A DNA stretch of 64,000 bases, from the NCBI GenBank assembly GCA_965215365.1, contig CBDCDS010000003.1:1856001-1920000 (forward strand), written 5' to 3'. The translations under genes were made by a program, and so were the position numbers. Origin of the DNA: Gammaproteobacteria bacterium (lineage in GTDB: Bacteria; Pseudomonadota; Gammaproteobacteria; Eutrophobiales; Eutrophobiaceae). The notes below the pieces were generated by a model. That model saw only the letters and a program-made list of their open reading frames with translations, searched no databases and was not told where the DNA came from. Shown here piece after piece: positions 34,151-42,580 of this stretch (position 1 is the first letter of the stretch; every line of letters begins with the position of its first letter).

Positions 34151-35884
34151 TCAGCCCCTGATAATCCTAGGCAATATCAGCTGGTGTCGGGGGCAGATAG
34201 CGCGCGGGTTCTGGTAAGCCGCGCCGGTAAACGCAGTGAGGTAGTTCCTGAGTTGCGCCAGCTCCACAATCTCGTCAACCAGACCGTGACGGGCGCAATA
34301 CTCCGGCCTGGAATGCTCGCGGTACTGCTGCACCAGCGTGTTCATTTTGGCGGCGACCCCATCTAAGGGTTTGCCGGCATCCTGTTCCTTGACTGCGCGC
34401 CGGGCGTACATGGCTACCGCCGCAGTCTCGCCGTGCATCACCGCGATCTCTGTTGCCGCCGTGCCCAGGGTGAAGGCATTGTGGCGATTGGCGGTCGGCC
34501 CGCCCATCAGGTAATGGGCGGCGGCCGTACCCTTGCGCAGCGTCACCAGCAGCATGGGCACATCGGTGTGCTGGATGGAGTAGATCAGCGACTGGCCCAG
34601 CCCCAACAGTTCGGCCTTCTCCGCCAGCTCGCCCACATCAATGCCGGAGGTGTCCTGAAACCAGATCACCGGGATGCGGTCGCGCCCGCAGTGGGTGACA
34701 AACTCGTTCATCTTGATTAAGCCCTGGCGATACAGTTTCCCGCCCATACCGGGGTAGTCGGCATATTCCGGGTAGCCCTTGCCCAGATAGCCGGAACGGT
34801 TGCCGATACAACCGACCGGCAAACCGTCCAGTTTGCACAAGCCGGTATAGACTTCCGGCCCGTAGTCCGGCCGAAACTCCAGGTGTTCGCTGGCGTCCAC
34901 CACCCGGGCCAGTATCTCATCGAAGGCATAGACTTCCTTCGGGTTGTGCGGCAGCAGGGAGTATAAGTCCTCAATGGGATACACTGGCTCGGCGGGTTCG
35001 GTTACCCGGAAAAACTTGGGCTGGTAGGCGGGGATAGCTTCCATGTATTCCCGGATGCCGTCCAGCACGCCGGTCTCCTCAGCGTACACCTCGGTAAAAA
35101 AACCGGTCTCAGCGTAGTGTGTCTCAACCCGGCCCGGCGGTTTAGCACTGAAGCTACGGGTCTTTTCCACCAGATCTTCCAGTAACTCGGCGCTGAAACC
35201 ACCTTGCGGTGACATGCCCGAGACGATGCCGACGCCGCCCACGGCGATATTGGCGTCTTTGTGCGCCAGTAAAATGGTGGGGCTGATGCCCTGGTAACCG
35301 CCACCGGCGGGATTCGTGCCATAAATGCCGGCCAGTACCGGGATGCCCAGCTGGTTTAACTCTGCATGACGGTAAAACGGTGTGCCCGACCCGCGCCGGT
35401 TGGCGTAGAATTTTTCCTGCTCGTCCAGCTTCACGCCGCTGCAGTTGACCAGCCAGATGAGCGGTATCTGCAGGCACTTGGCCAGATCCGTCACGCGCAG
35501 GATGTTCTCCGACTGCCCCGGCAACCAGGCCCCGGCCAGCACCTTGTTGTCAAAACCGATGACTACGGCCCAGCGCCCCGCCACCCGGGCCAGCCCGTCC
35601 ACCACGTTGGTGGAGCCATTAGCGTTCTCTGCCGGATTGTACAAGCTGTGCAGGGGGCGCCAGCTGCCCGGGTCAACCAGATACTCTAGGCGCTGCCAGA
35701 CGGTCATGGCGCCACGCTGGTTGATTTGCTGCGTGGAGAAGCCGGCTTGTTCGAGCTCTTCCCGACGCTGTGCGAGCTCGGCCTCGATCTGCTGCAACTG
35801 CTCCATGCTTGCGGCAGCGCGTTTCATGCGGCCTGACTTCAGTTCCTTGCCGAAGCGTTGCATGTTGTCAAAATAGGGTTTCAC
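34151..35884 (-). CDS. gcdA: Glutaconyl-CoA decarboxylase alpha-like carboxyltransferase
   Basis: LVNCSGVKLDEQE..YANRRG.GT, GTNPAGGGY, GGKLYRQGL.KMNEFV, RKGTAAAHY, GETAA. Confidence 0.8.
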   Translation of the reverse strand: MKPYFDNMQRFGKELKSGRMKRAAASMEQLQQIEAELAQRREELEQAGFSTQQINQRGAMTVWQRLEYLVDPGSWRPLHSLYNPAENANGSTNVVDGLARVAGRWAVVIGFDNKVLAGAWLPGQSENILRVTDLAKCLQIPLIWLVNCSGVKLDEQEKFYANRRGSGTPFYRHAELNQLGIPVLAGIYGTNPAGGGYQGISPTILLAHKDANIAVGGVGIVSGMSPQGGFSAELLEDLVEKTRSFSAKPPGRVETHYAETGFFTEVYAEETGVLDGIREYMEAIPAYQPKFFRVTEPAEPVYPIEDLYSLLPHNPKEVYAFDEILARVVDASEHLEFRPDYGPEVYTGLCKLDGLPVGCIGNRSGYLGKGYPEYADYPGMGGKLYRQGLIKMNEFVTHCGRDRIPVIWFQDTSGIDVGELAEKAELLGLGQSLIYSIQHTDVPMLLVTLRKGTAAAHYLMGGPTANRHNAFTLGTAATEIAVMHGETAAVAMYARRAVKEQDAGKPLDGVAAKMNTLVQQYREHSRPEYCARHGLVDEIVELAQLRNYLTAFTGAAYQNPRAICPRHQLILPRIIRG

Positions 35885-36009
35885 GGGGGCACGATACCGT
35901 GATTCGAATTCATAAACAACCGCAGCAGGTCATCTCTAAAAATTAGCGGTTCCCAGCAGAAGTTGCGTTATAATTTTACGCTGGCGGCGTAGCAGGTGAC
36001 AGGAGAATC

Positions 36010-37326
36010 ATGATGCAACATTATACCGACGCGCAACTGGCGGCCCTGATCAGGCAGGATGCCGTACATAAGAAAGTCTATACCGACCCGGCCATCTTCG
36101 AGTTGGAGCTGGAGCGTATCTGGAATCGGGCCTGGATTTATGTGGGGCATGACAGCCAGGTTAAACAGCCAGGGGATTATTTCGCCACCAGCATCGGCAA
36201 ACAGCCGGTAGTGATGACCCGGCACCGGGACGGCAAGGTGCAGGTGCTGTTCAATCGTTGCAGTCACAAGGGCGCGCAGGTGGTAGGCGATACCTGCGGC
36301 AACCTGCCACAACTGCGTTGCAGCTACCACGGTTACGTGTTTGACACCGACGGCACCTTGCTCCATGTTCCCGATGCGAAGGGTTATGACGGTGTGGATT
36401 TCGGCAAGGGCAAACCCGGTTCCGACCTGCGCCGGGTGCCCCGGGTGGACAGCTACCATGGCCTGGTATTTGCGAGTCTGGCTGCCGCCGGGCCGGATCT
36501 GAAAACCTGGTTGGGCGGCGCTGCCGCATCCATCGACAATCTGGTCGAACGTTCTCCGCAAGGACGCATTGAAATAGCCGGTGGCTGCTTCCGATATCTG
36601 CATGATTCCAACTGGAAGATGTTCGTGGAAAATCTCAATGATGCCATGCACCCCATGGTAGTGCATCAGTCCTCCAGCGGCACCGCCAAGCGCGTGTTCG
36701 ACGAGCGCTTGCAAGAGGGCGACCCAATGCCGTTTGAGCTGGAGATGCTGGCGCCGTTTACCAATAACTACGACTTTTTTGAAAAAATGGGGCTGACAGC
36801 CTGGAATTACGGGCACAGCGTCACCGGCGGTAAGTTCAGTATCCACTCGGCTTACTCACCGATTCCTGGTTACATGGAAGCCCTGATAGAGAAATACGGG
36901 GAGCAAAAGACCCAGGAAATCCTTGCCGTCAACCGCCACAACACCGTGGTGTATCCCAGTTTTACCCTGAAAGGCGCCATCACTTCGATTCGTGTAGTCA
37001 AGCCCGTGGCGGTGGATAAAACCGTGATCGAATCCTGGGTGTTCCGGCAGGTGGGCGCGCCGGAAGAACTGTTCCGGCGCTCCGTCACTTATTGCAACCT
37101 GATCAACTCTCACGCCAACCTGGTCGGCCCTGATGATTATGAAGCCTATCACCGCCTGCAACATGGCCTGCAAACGCAGGACGGCAATGACTGGGTGAGT
37201 CAGCACCGCTACCTGGGACAGGAGCAGGTGGATGCAGACGGCACCCAACACGCGACGGGGACTTCCGACATGGTGTTCCGCCACCAGTTTGGCGCATGGA
37301 AGGATTATATGGTGAACGCAGCATGA
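36010..37326 (+). CDS. Rieske ring-hydroxylating oxygenase alpha subunit
   Basis: NRCSHKG..CSYHG Rieske motif; NWK..EN..DAMHPMVVH and DD mononuclear Fe ligands. Confidence 0.92.
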   Translation: MMQHYTDAQLAALIRQDAVHKKVYTDPAIFELELERIWNRAWIYVGHDSQVKQPGDYFATSIGKQPVVMTRHRDGKVQVLFNRCSHKGAQVVGDTCGNLPQLRCSYHGYVFDTDGTLLHVPDAKGYDGVDFGKGKPGSDLRRVPRVDSYHGLVFASLAAAGPDLKTWLGGAAASIDNLVERSPQGRIEIAGGCFRYLHDSNWKMFVENLNDAMHPMVVHQSSSGTAKRVFDERLQEGDPMPFELEMLAPFTNNYDFFEKMGLTAWNYGHSVTGGKFSIHSAYSPIPGYMEALIEKYGEQKTQEILAVNRHNTVVYPSFTLKGAITSIRVVKPVAVDKTVIESWVFRQVGAPEELFRRSVTYCNLINSHANLVGPDDYEAYHRLQHGLQTQDGNDWVSQHRYLGQEQVDADGTQHATGTSDMVFRHQFGAWKDYMVNAA

Positions 37327-37820
37327 AAAATTCATCGAAGAATCCGAAGGAGCTGAATGATATACAACAGTTTCTATACCATGAGGCGCGCCTGCTCGAT
37401 GAACAACGCTGGGAGGAATGGAACGACCTGTATCTGGAAGATGCCGAGTACTGGGTGCCGGCCGCGCCGGACCAGCCAGACCCGCAAAACCATGTTTCGC
37501 TGATCTACGAGACCGGGCTGCTGCGCGCCGTGCGAGTGAAACGCTACCGGCACCCGAATGCGTTTTCCCTGCAACCCAAGCCGCGCAGCGTGCATCTGCT
37601 GAGCAACGTGATGCTTGATAGTGTTGATAAAAACATTTCGGAATACTGCGTCAACTCGCGCTTCATTATGTTGCAATACCGGCGCGAGCAACAAGACGTA
37701 TTTGCCGGAACCTGCCGGCACCGCCTGCGCCTCGTCGAGGAAGGCTTCAAAATCGCGGCCAAGCGCGTAGACCTGCTCAACTGCGACGCACCGCTGGAAA
37801 GTATTCTGATTTACCTGTGA
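37323..37820 (+). CDS. Ring-hydroxylating oxygenase beta subunit
   Basis: FLYHEARLLD..W..W..YWVP..KIAAKRVDL. Confidence 0.9.
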   Translation: MKNSSKNPKELNDIQQFLYHEARLLDEQRWEEWNDLYLEDAEYWVPAAPDQPDPQNHVSLIYETGLLRAVRVKRYRHPNAFSLQPKPRSVHLLSNVMLDSVDKNISEYCVNSRFIMLQYRREQQDVFAGTCRHRLRLVEEGFKIAAKRVDLLNCDAPLESILIYL

Positions 37821-37821
37821 G

Positions 37822-39456
37822 ATGACTACCGTATATCAGGAATTTCTGCAAACAGAGCATAAAGTCTCTTCCCGGCCCTTTCTGCATATTCCGCGTCAGG
37901 CCACTGCGGGTTATCAGGACGGGCCGATTGATTACACCTATACCCAGGCCTTGCAGGTCGTCGATGACTTGAGCAGGCAATATGTCGAGGCCGGTTACGG
38001 GTGCGGGATGCGTGTGGCGGTGATGCTGGATAACCGCGCCGGTTTTTTTCTGCATTTCCTGGCGCTGAACAAACTGGGTGTGAGCGTGGTGCCGGTCAAT
38101 TCCGGTTTCCCGCCGCGAGAAATCGCCTATATCATCAACCACAGCGACGCCGGTCTGGTTCTATGCCTGCCTTGTTACCGGGAGCGGGTACGTAAGGCTC
38201 TCGCCGGAACGGACATGAGTATTCCCGTCGTCGATACCGAGGCAATGCTTGAACTGCCGCCATGCCGCAACACGGCCGATCCGGGCGCGCCGGACCGGTA
38301 CACCGAGGTGGCGGTGTTATATACCTCCGGCACGACCGGCACGCCCAAGGGCTGCATGTTGAACAACGAATATTTTACCTGTATGGGTGAGTGGTACACG
38401 CATATCGACGGCTATTGCCAACTGACCTATGGGCAGGAGCGCCTGCTGACGCCGCTGCCACTGGTGCACATGAACGCGCTGTGCTCCATGATGGCGATGA
38501 TTATGAGTGGCGGCTGCATCATCCAGCTGGATCGCTTCCATGCCTCGATCTGGTGGGAAACAGTGCGTGCGTCGCAAGCCACCTGCCTGCATTATCTGGG
38601 CGTAATTCCGGCCATCCTGCTGAACCAGCCTGAACGCGAGTGCGATAACGTCGGCGCCCAGGTGAAGTTTGGTTTCGGCGCCGGGGTTGACCCAAAACAC
38701 TTGCCGCGTTTCGAGGAGCGCTTCGGGTTTCCGCTGGTGGAAGGCTGGGCCATGACTGAAACCGGCACTTATGTATGTATTACCGCCAACAAGGAACCGC
38801 GTCATATCGGCACCCGCTGTATCGGCCGGGCGCCGGATGTGATCGACTACCGGCTGGTGGATGAGCAGGGTCATGACGTTGCCGCCGGCGTACCGGGCGA
38901 GTTGCTGGTCCGCGCCCGAGGCGATAATCCGCGCAAGGGCTTCTTCTCCGGCTACTACAAGAACCCGGAAGCAACGGCCAGGGTCTGGGAAGGCGGCTAT
39001 TTTCACACCGGCGATGTAATGCGTATCAGCGCCGACGGCTCGTTTCATTTCGTTGACCGGCGCAAGAATATCATCCGCCGCAGTGGCGAGAACATTGCTG
39101 CGGTGGAGGTGGAAAATGTGCTGTTTCAACATCCTGCGGTAGCCCACTGCGCGGTAACGCCCATCTATGACGAGACCCGAGGCGAAGAAGTGGGCGTATG
39201 CGCCATCCTGAGCGATGCGGTGACGGGGCACGACGCCGGAGCGGCTATGGCCGCAACCCTGTTCGAGTTCTGTGCGCAACAGCTGGTTTACTACAAAGTG
39301 CCGGCCTGGTACCTGTTCGTCGCGGAATTACCCATGACCGCCTCACAGAAATTACAGCGGGGTGAGATCAAAACGCTGGCCAGCAGATTGGTAGAGGAGG
39401 GCAACGGGATCGATCTCAGGGCGCGCAAACGCAGGCACAGACATGTTGCCGTATAA
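37822..39456 (+). CDS. Acyl/aryl-CoA ligase (CaiC-like AMP-binding enzyme)
   Basis: YTSGTTGTPKG, GWAMTE, FHTGD, RRSGENI. Confidence 0.9.
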   Translation: MTTVYQEFLQTEHKVSSRPFLHIPRQATAGYQDGPIDYTYTQALQVVDDLSRQYVEAGYGCGMRVAVMLDNRAGFFLHFLALNKLGVSVVPVNSGFPPREIAYIINHSDAGLVLCLPCYRERVRKALAGTDMSIPVVDTEAMLELPPCRNTADPGAPDRYTEVAVLYTSGTTGTPKGCMLNNEYFTCMGEWYTHIDGYCQLTYGQERLLTPLPLVHMNALCSMMAMIMSGGCIIQLDRFHASIWWETVRASQATCLHYLGVIPAILLNQPERECDNVGAQVKFGFGAGVDPKHLPRFEERFGFPLVEGWAMTETGTYVCITANKEPRHIGTRCIGRAPDVIDYRLVDEQGHDVAAGVPGELLVRARGDNPRKGFFSGYYKNPEATARVWEGGYFHTGDVMRISADGSFHFVDRRKNIIRRSGENIAAVEVENVLFQHPAVAHCAVTPIYDETRGEEVGVCAILSDAVTGHDAGAAMAATLFEFCAQQLVYYKVPAWYLFVAELPMTASQKLQRGEIKTLASRLVEEGNGIDLRARKRRHRHVAV

Positions 39457-40609
39457 GGATGTGGCGCTGGTTGCCGCGACCAGTCTGCCCTACCTGAAAC
39501 GCAGCGAGCATAGCGCGGCCTGGTTCATCGGCATGGCGTTTGCCCGGATGCTGAAACAGGCTGGTTTGCGGAAACATCAGGTGGATGGTCTGGCTATTGC
39601 CAGCTTCACCCTGGCGCCGGACAGCGTAGTGAGCATGACCGAGTACCTAGACCTCTCGCCGCGCTGGCTGGAACAGCTACCCATGGGCGGCGCCAGCGGC
39701 CCGGTCGCGGCCCGGCGCGCAGCCCGCGCGGTGCAGGCCGGCGATGCTGATATTGTCGCCTGCATTGGCGCTGATACGGCCACGGCCGCTACCTTCACCC
39801 ACCTGATACAGAATTTCAGCCGCTTTTCCACGGATGCCGTCTATCCTTACGGTGCCGGCGGGCCGAACACGGTGTTCGCCATGATAACCCGTCATTACAT
39901 GGAGCAGTTCGGCGCGCAGCGGGAAGACTTTGGTCGTATCTGTGTGGCCCAGCGCGAGAACGCCCTGGCTGCGGGTCGGGCGATTTTCAATAAGCCGCTG
40001 ACCCTGGCCGGCTATCTCGAAGCGCGCCCCATCAGTGAGCCGCTGCACCTGTACGACTGCGTCATGCCGGTCGCTGGCGCGGACGGTTTTCTGGTGATGA
40101 CCGTGGCGCGAGCGGAGGCCCTGGAGCTGCCTTACGCCAGATTGCTGGCCGCTGGGGAGCGACATAATGCCTGGGCTGAGGACCCGGTTCAGGTGCGCGG
40201 CGGTTGGAGCTGTTATCGGGATGAATTGTACGAACAGGCCGGGCTGGGGCCCGCCGACATCGACTTGTTGCAGACCTATGACGATTATCCGGTCATTGCC
40301 ATGATCCAGATGGAAGATCTGGGCTTTTGTGAAAAAGGCGCGGGGCCGGAATTTGTGCGCTCGCAAACACTGACCTGGAATGGTGGCGGGTTGTCGCACA
40401 ACACCTGCGGCGGGCAGTTGTCTGCCGGGCAGGCCGGCGCTGCCGGCGGCTTTCTTGGCGCGGTCGAGGCCATCCGCCAGCTGACCGAAACAGGTTTGCC
40501 CAACCAGGTGGCCGAGGCGAACACCGGCCTGGTAAGCGGCTACGGCATGGTGAACTATGACCGTTGCCTGTGCACCAGTGCCATGATCCTGGGGCGGGGG
40601 AATCAATGA
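39443..40609 (+). CDS. SCP-x-type thiolase-family protein
   Basis: YDCVMP..GADG, YDDYP, NTCGGQLS.GQ; paired with a DUF35 gene. Confidence 0.85.
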   Translation: MLPYKDVALVAATSLPYLKRSEHSAAWFIGMAFARMLKQAGLRKHQVDGLAIASFTLAPDSVVSMTEYLDLSPRWLEQLPMGGASGPVAARRAARAVQAGDADIVACIGADTATAATFTHLIQNFSRFSTDAVYPYGAGGPNTVFAMITRHYMEQFGAQREDFGRICVAQRENALAAGRAIFNKPLTLAGYLEARPISEPLHLYDCVMPVAGADGFLVMTVARAEALELPYARLLAAGERHNAWAEDPVQVRGGWSCYRDELYEQAGLGPADIDLLQTYDDYPVIAMIQMEDLGFCEKGAGPEFVRSQTLTWNGGGLSHNTCGGQLSAGQAGAAGGFLGAVEAIRQLTETGLPNQVAEANTGLVSGYGMVNYDRCLCTSAMILGRGNQ

Positions 40610-40682
40610 ATAATACTGACAGGTCCGCTTTGTTATCTGTCCTGTTCCAGAGCCATGCCGTAATTCCGGGGCGTAGCAGTCA

Positions 40683-41102
40683 ATGAGCGTGACGGTAACA
40701 CCTCCGGCCGCGCGTTCCCGGCTGTGGCAGAATATCAATCAGGCGGCTGCCGAGGGTTTGTTCAAGCTACCGGTATGCGGCAGCTGCCGGCAGGCGCAAT
40801 ACCCGCCGCAGGAATTTTGCAGCAGCTGCCTTGCCGGCGACCTGTGCTGGCAAGAGGTCAGCCCGCTCGGTGCCGTGCTATCCTGGACCAGGTTGCGGGC
40901 CAGCAACCACCCTTATTTCAAGGACCAGCTGCCCCTGCATACAGGGTTGGTAAAACTTGATTGCGGGCCGGTGATGGTGGTCTATCTGGCCGAGTCGTGT
41001 TTGCAGACGGGGACAAGGGTGCAGGTCACGGGTACGCCTGATGCTTCCGGTCAGGTTGTGTTCGTGGCGGCACAGCCGCAGGCCGGGTTCAATGATCGGT
41101 GA
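40683..41102 (+). CDS. DUF35 Zn-ribbon/OB-fold protein
   Basis: CGSC..YPP..C..C followed by an OB fold. Confidence 0.85.
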   Translation: MSVTVTPPAARSRLWQNINQAAAEGLFKLPVCGSCRQAQYPPQEFCSSCLAGDLCWQEVSPLGAVLSWTRLRASNHPYFKDQLPLHTGLVKLDCGPVMVVYLAESCLQTGTRVQVTGTPDASGQVVFVAAQPQAGFNDR

Positions 41103-41128
41103 AAATACATATAATACGGAGATAAAAC

Positions 41129-41851
41129 ATGACTAAAATCGCAGTAGTCACCGGCGGTAACCGTGGTATCGGCGCGGATATTACCCGGCGCTTTCTGGAC
41201 GGTGGCTATCAGGTCGTCAACATTTCCCGGCAGGCACCCGAGTTGATCCATGAACGTCTGGTCAATTATACGGCAGACTTAGCGGACCTGCAGGCCACGC
41301 AACAGGTGGGCAGCGAAATTGCTCAGCACTACGCAGTGACACACTTCGTGCACAACGCTGGCGTCATCCGTCCCGACCTGCTCGAAGACGTGAAGCTCGA
41401 AGACCTTGACTACCTGACGCAACTGCACCTCGGCAGCGCCATCACCTTGGCACAGCAATTCATTCCGGCCATGCGCGCGGCGCAGTACGGACGTATTATC
41501 CTGATTTCCTCACGCGGCGTGCTGGGGCTGGTCACCCGCACCAACTACGCCGCCACCAAGTGCGGACAGATCGGCCTCACCCGCACCTGGGCGCTGGAGC
41601 TGGCCAAAGACGGTATCACCGTGAACTGTGTCGCGCCGGGCCCCATCGTCACCGACATGTTCCACGAACTGGCGCCGGAAGAAAGTGAGCAGAAAGATCG
41701 GATTGCCCAAAGCGTTCCGGTGCAACGCCTGGGCACACCGGCAGACATCGGGCGAGTGGTGAAATTCCTGTGCGAACAAGACAGCGGCTTCATCACCGGC
41801 CAGACCTGGTACATCTGCGGCGGCGCCAGCCTGGGCGCGCTGGCGCTGTAG
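41129..41851 (+). CDS. SDR-family oxidoreductase
   Basis: TGGNRGIG, HNAG, YAATK, VAPGP. Confidence 0.92.
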   Translation: MTKIAVVTGGNRGIGADITRRFLDGGYQVVNISRQAPELIHERLVNYTADLADLQATQQVGSEIAQHYAVTHFVHNAGVIRPDLLEDVKLEDLDYLTQLHLGSAITLAQQFIPAMRAAQYGRIILISSRGVLGLVTRTNYAATKCGQIGLTRTWALELAKDGITVNCVAPGPIVTDMFHELAPEESEQKDRIAQSVPVQRLGTPADIGRVVKFLCEQDSGFITGQTWYICGGASLGALAL

Positions 41852-41980
41852 ATGTCTCACTCATGCTACGCGGTTGATGCGTTTGAAATTGGCAAAGGCT
41901 GTGCAATCTGAATAGAGATCTCGGGCAGGTCATGGGTGTTTTGATAAAGTTATCACCGAATAGGTGGAAACCACTTTGAT

Positions 41981-42580
41981 ATGGTGAGAAGAAAAACAAT
42001 CAATGTAACGGGAATAGAAAGATTGGAAGGCATCCCTTACCATGATGCTTGGGCAGCATATACATGCGTTAACTGTCGGAAAATAAATTATGTCCGGATT
42101 GGGCAGAAATTACTGATGCCCAAAAAAGCTGTTGAGAATTGTGTCTGGGAGTGTGAGCACTGCCATTTCAGTCACAGCAAAGAGTCTGAATTACCATTTG
42201 AAAATTGGGAGGATGAATACAATGCCTCCGGGTCTGTGACTGCTATCAGGTTTTGGGAGGGTTTTTTTCGCACGGCAACAGAGCACCCGGAGTCATATGC
42301 TAACGAGAATAAGCGTGATAAGTGGCCAAGCCAATTTTATACGAATAACGAATTGATTGATTTGGCAAAGATCACCGGTGCATAGCTCGAATTGATATCA
42401 AGCAAGCATCCCATTAGAAACCATGACATTGACATCAATAAAGGGGTTGAAAGGTTTTTACAGGTGCGTGAGGAATCCGATTTGCCAAAACGGATACAAG
42501 AAATCAAAAAAATACTTCAACATTACGGACTGATAAGTCATCTTTCGCCTGAAAATAAGAAACTGTTGAATTTGAATTAA
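41981..42580 (+). pseudogene. Decayed Zn-finger/HNH-like restriction endonuclease
   Basis: The two track ORFs (41981.. and 42392..) share a frame and are split by TAG at 42383-42385; CxxC pairs and an N..K.DKWP tail; convergent with a methyltransferase. Confidence 0.55.
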
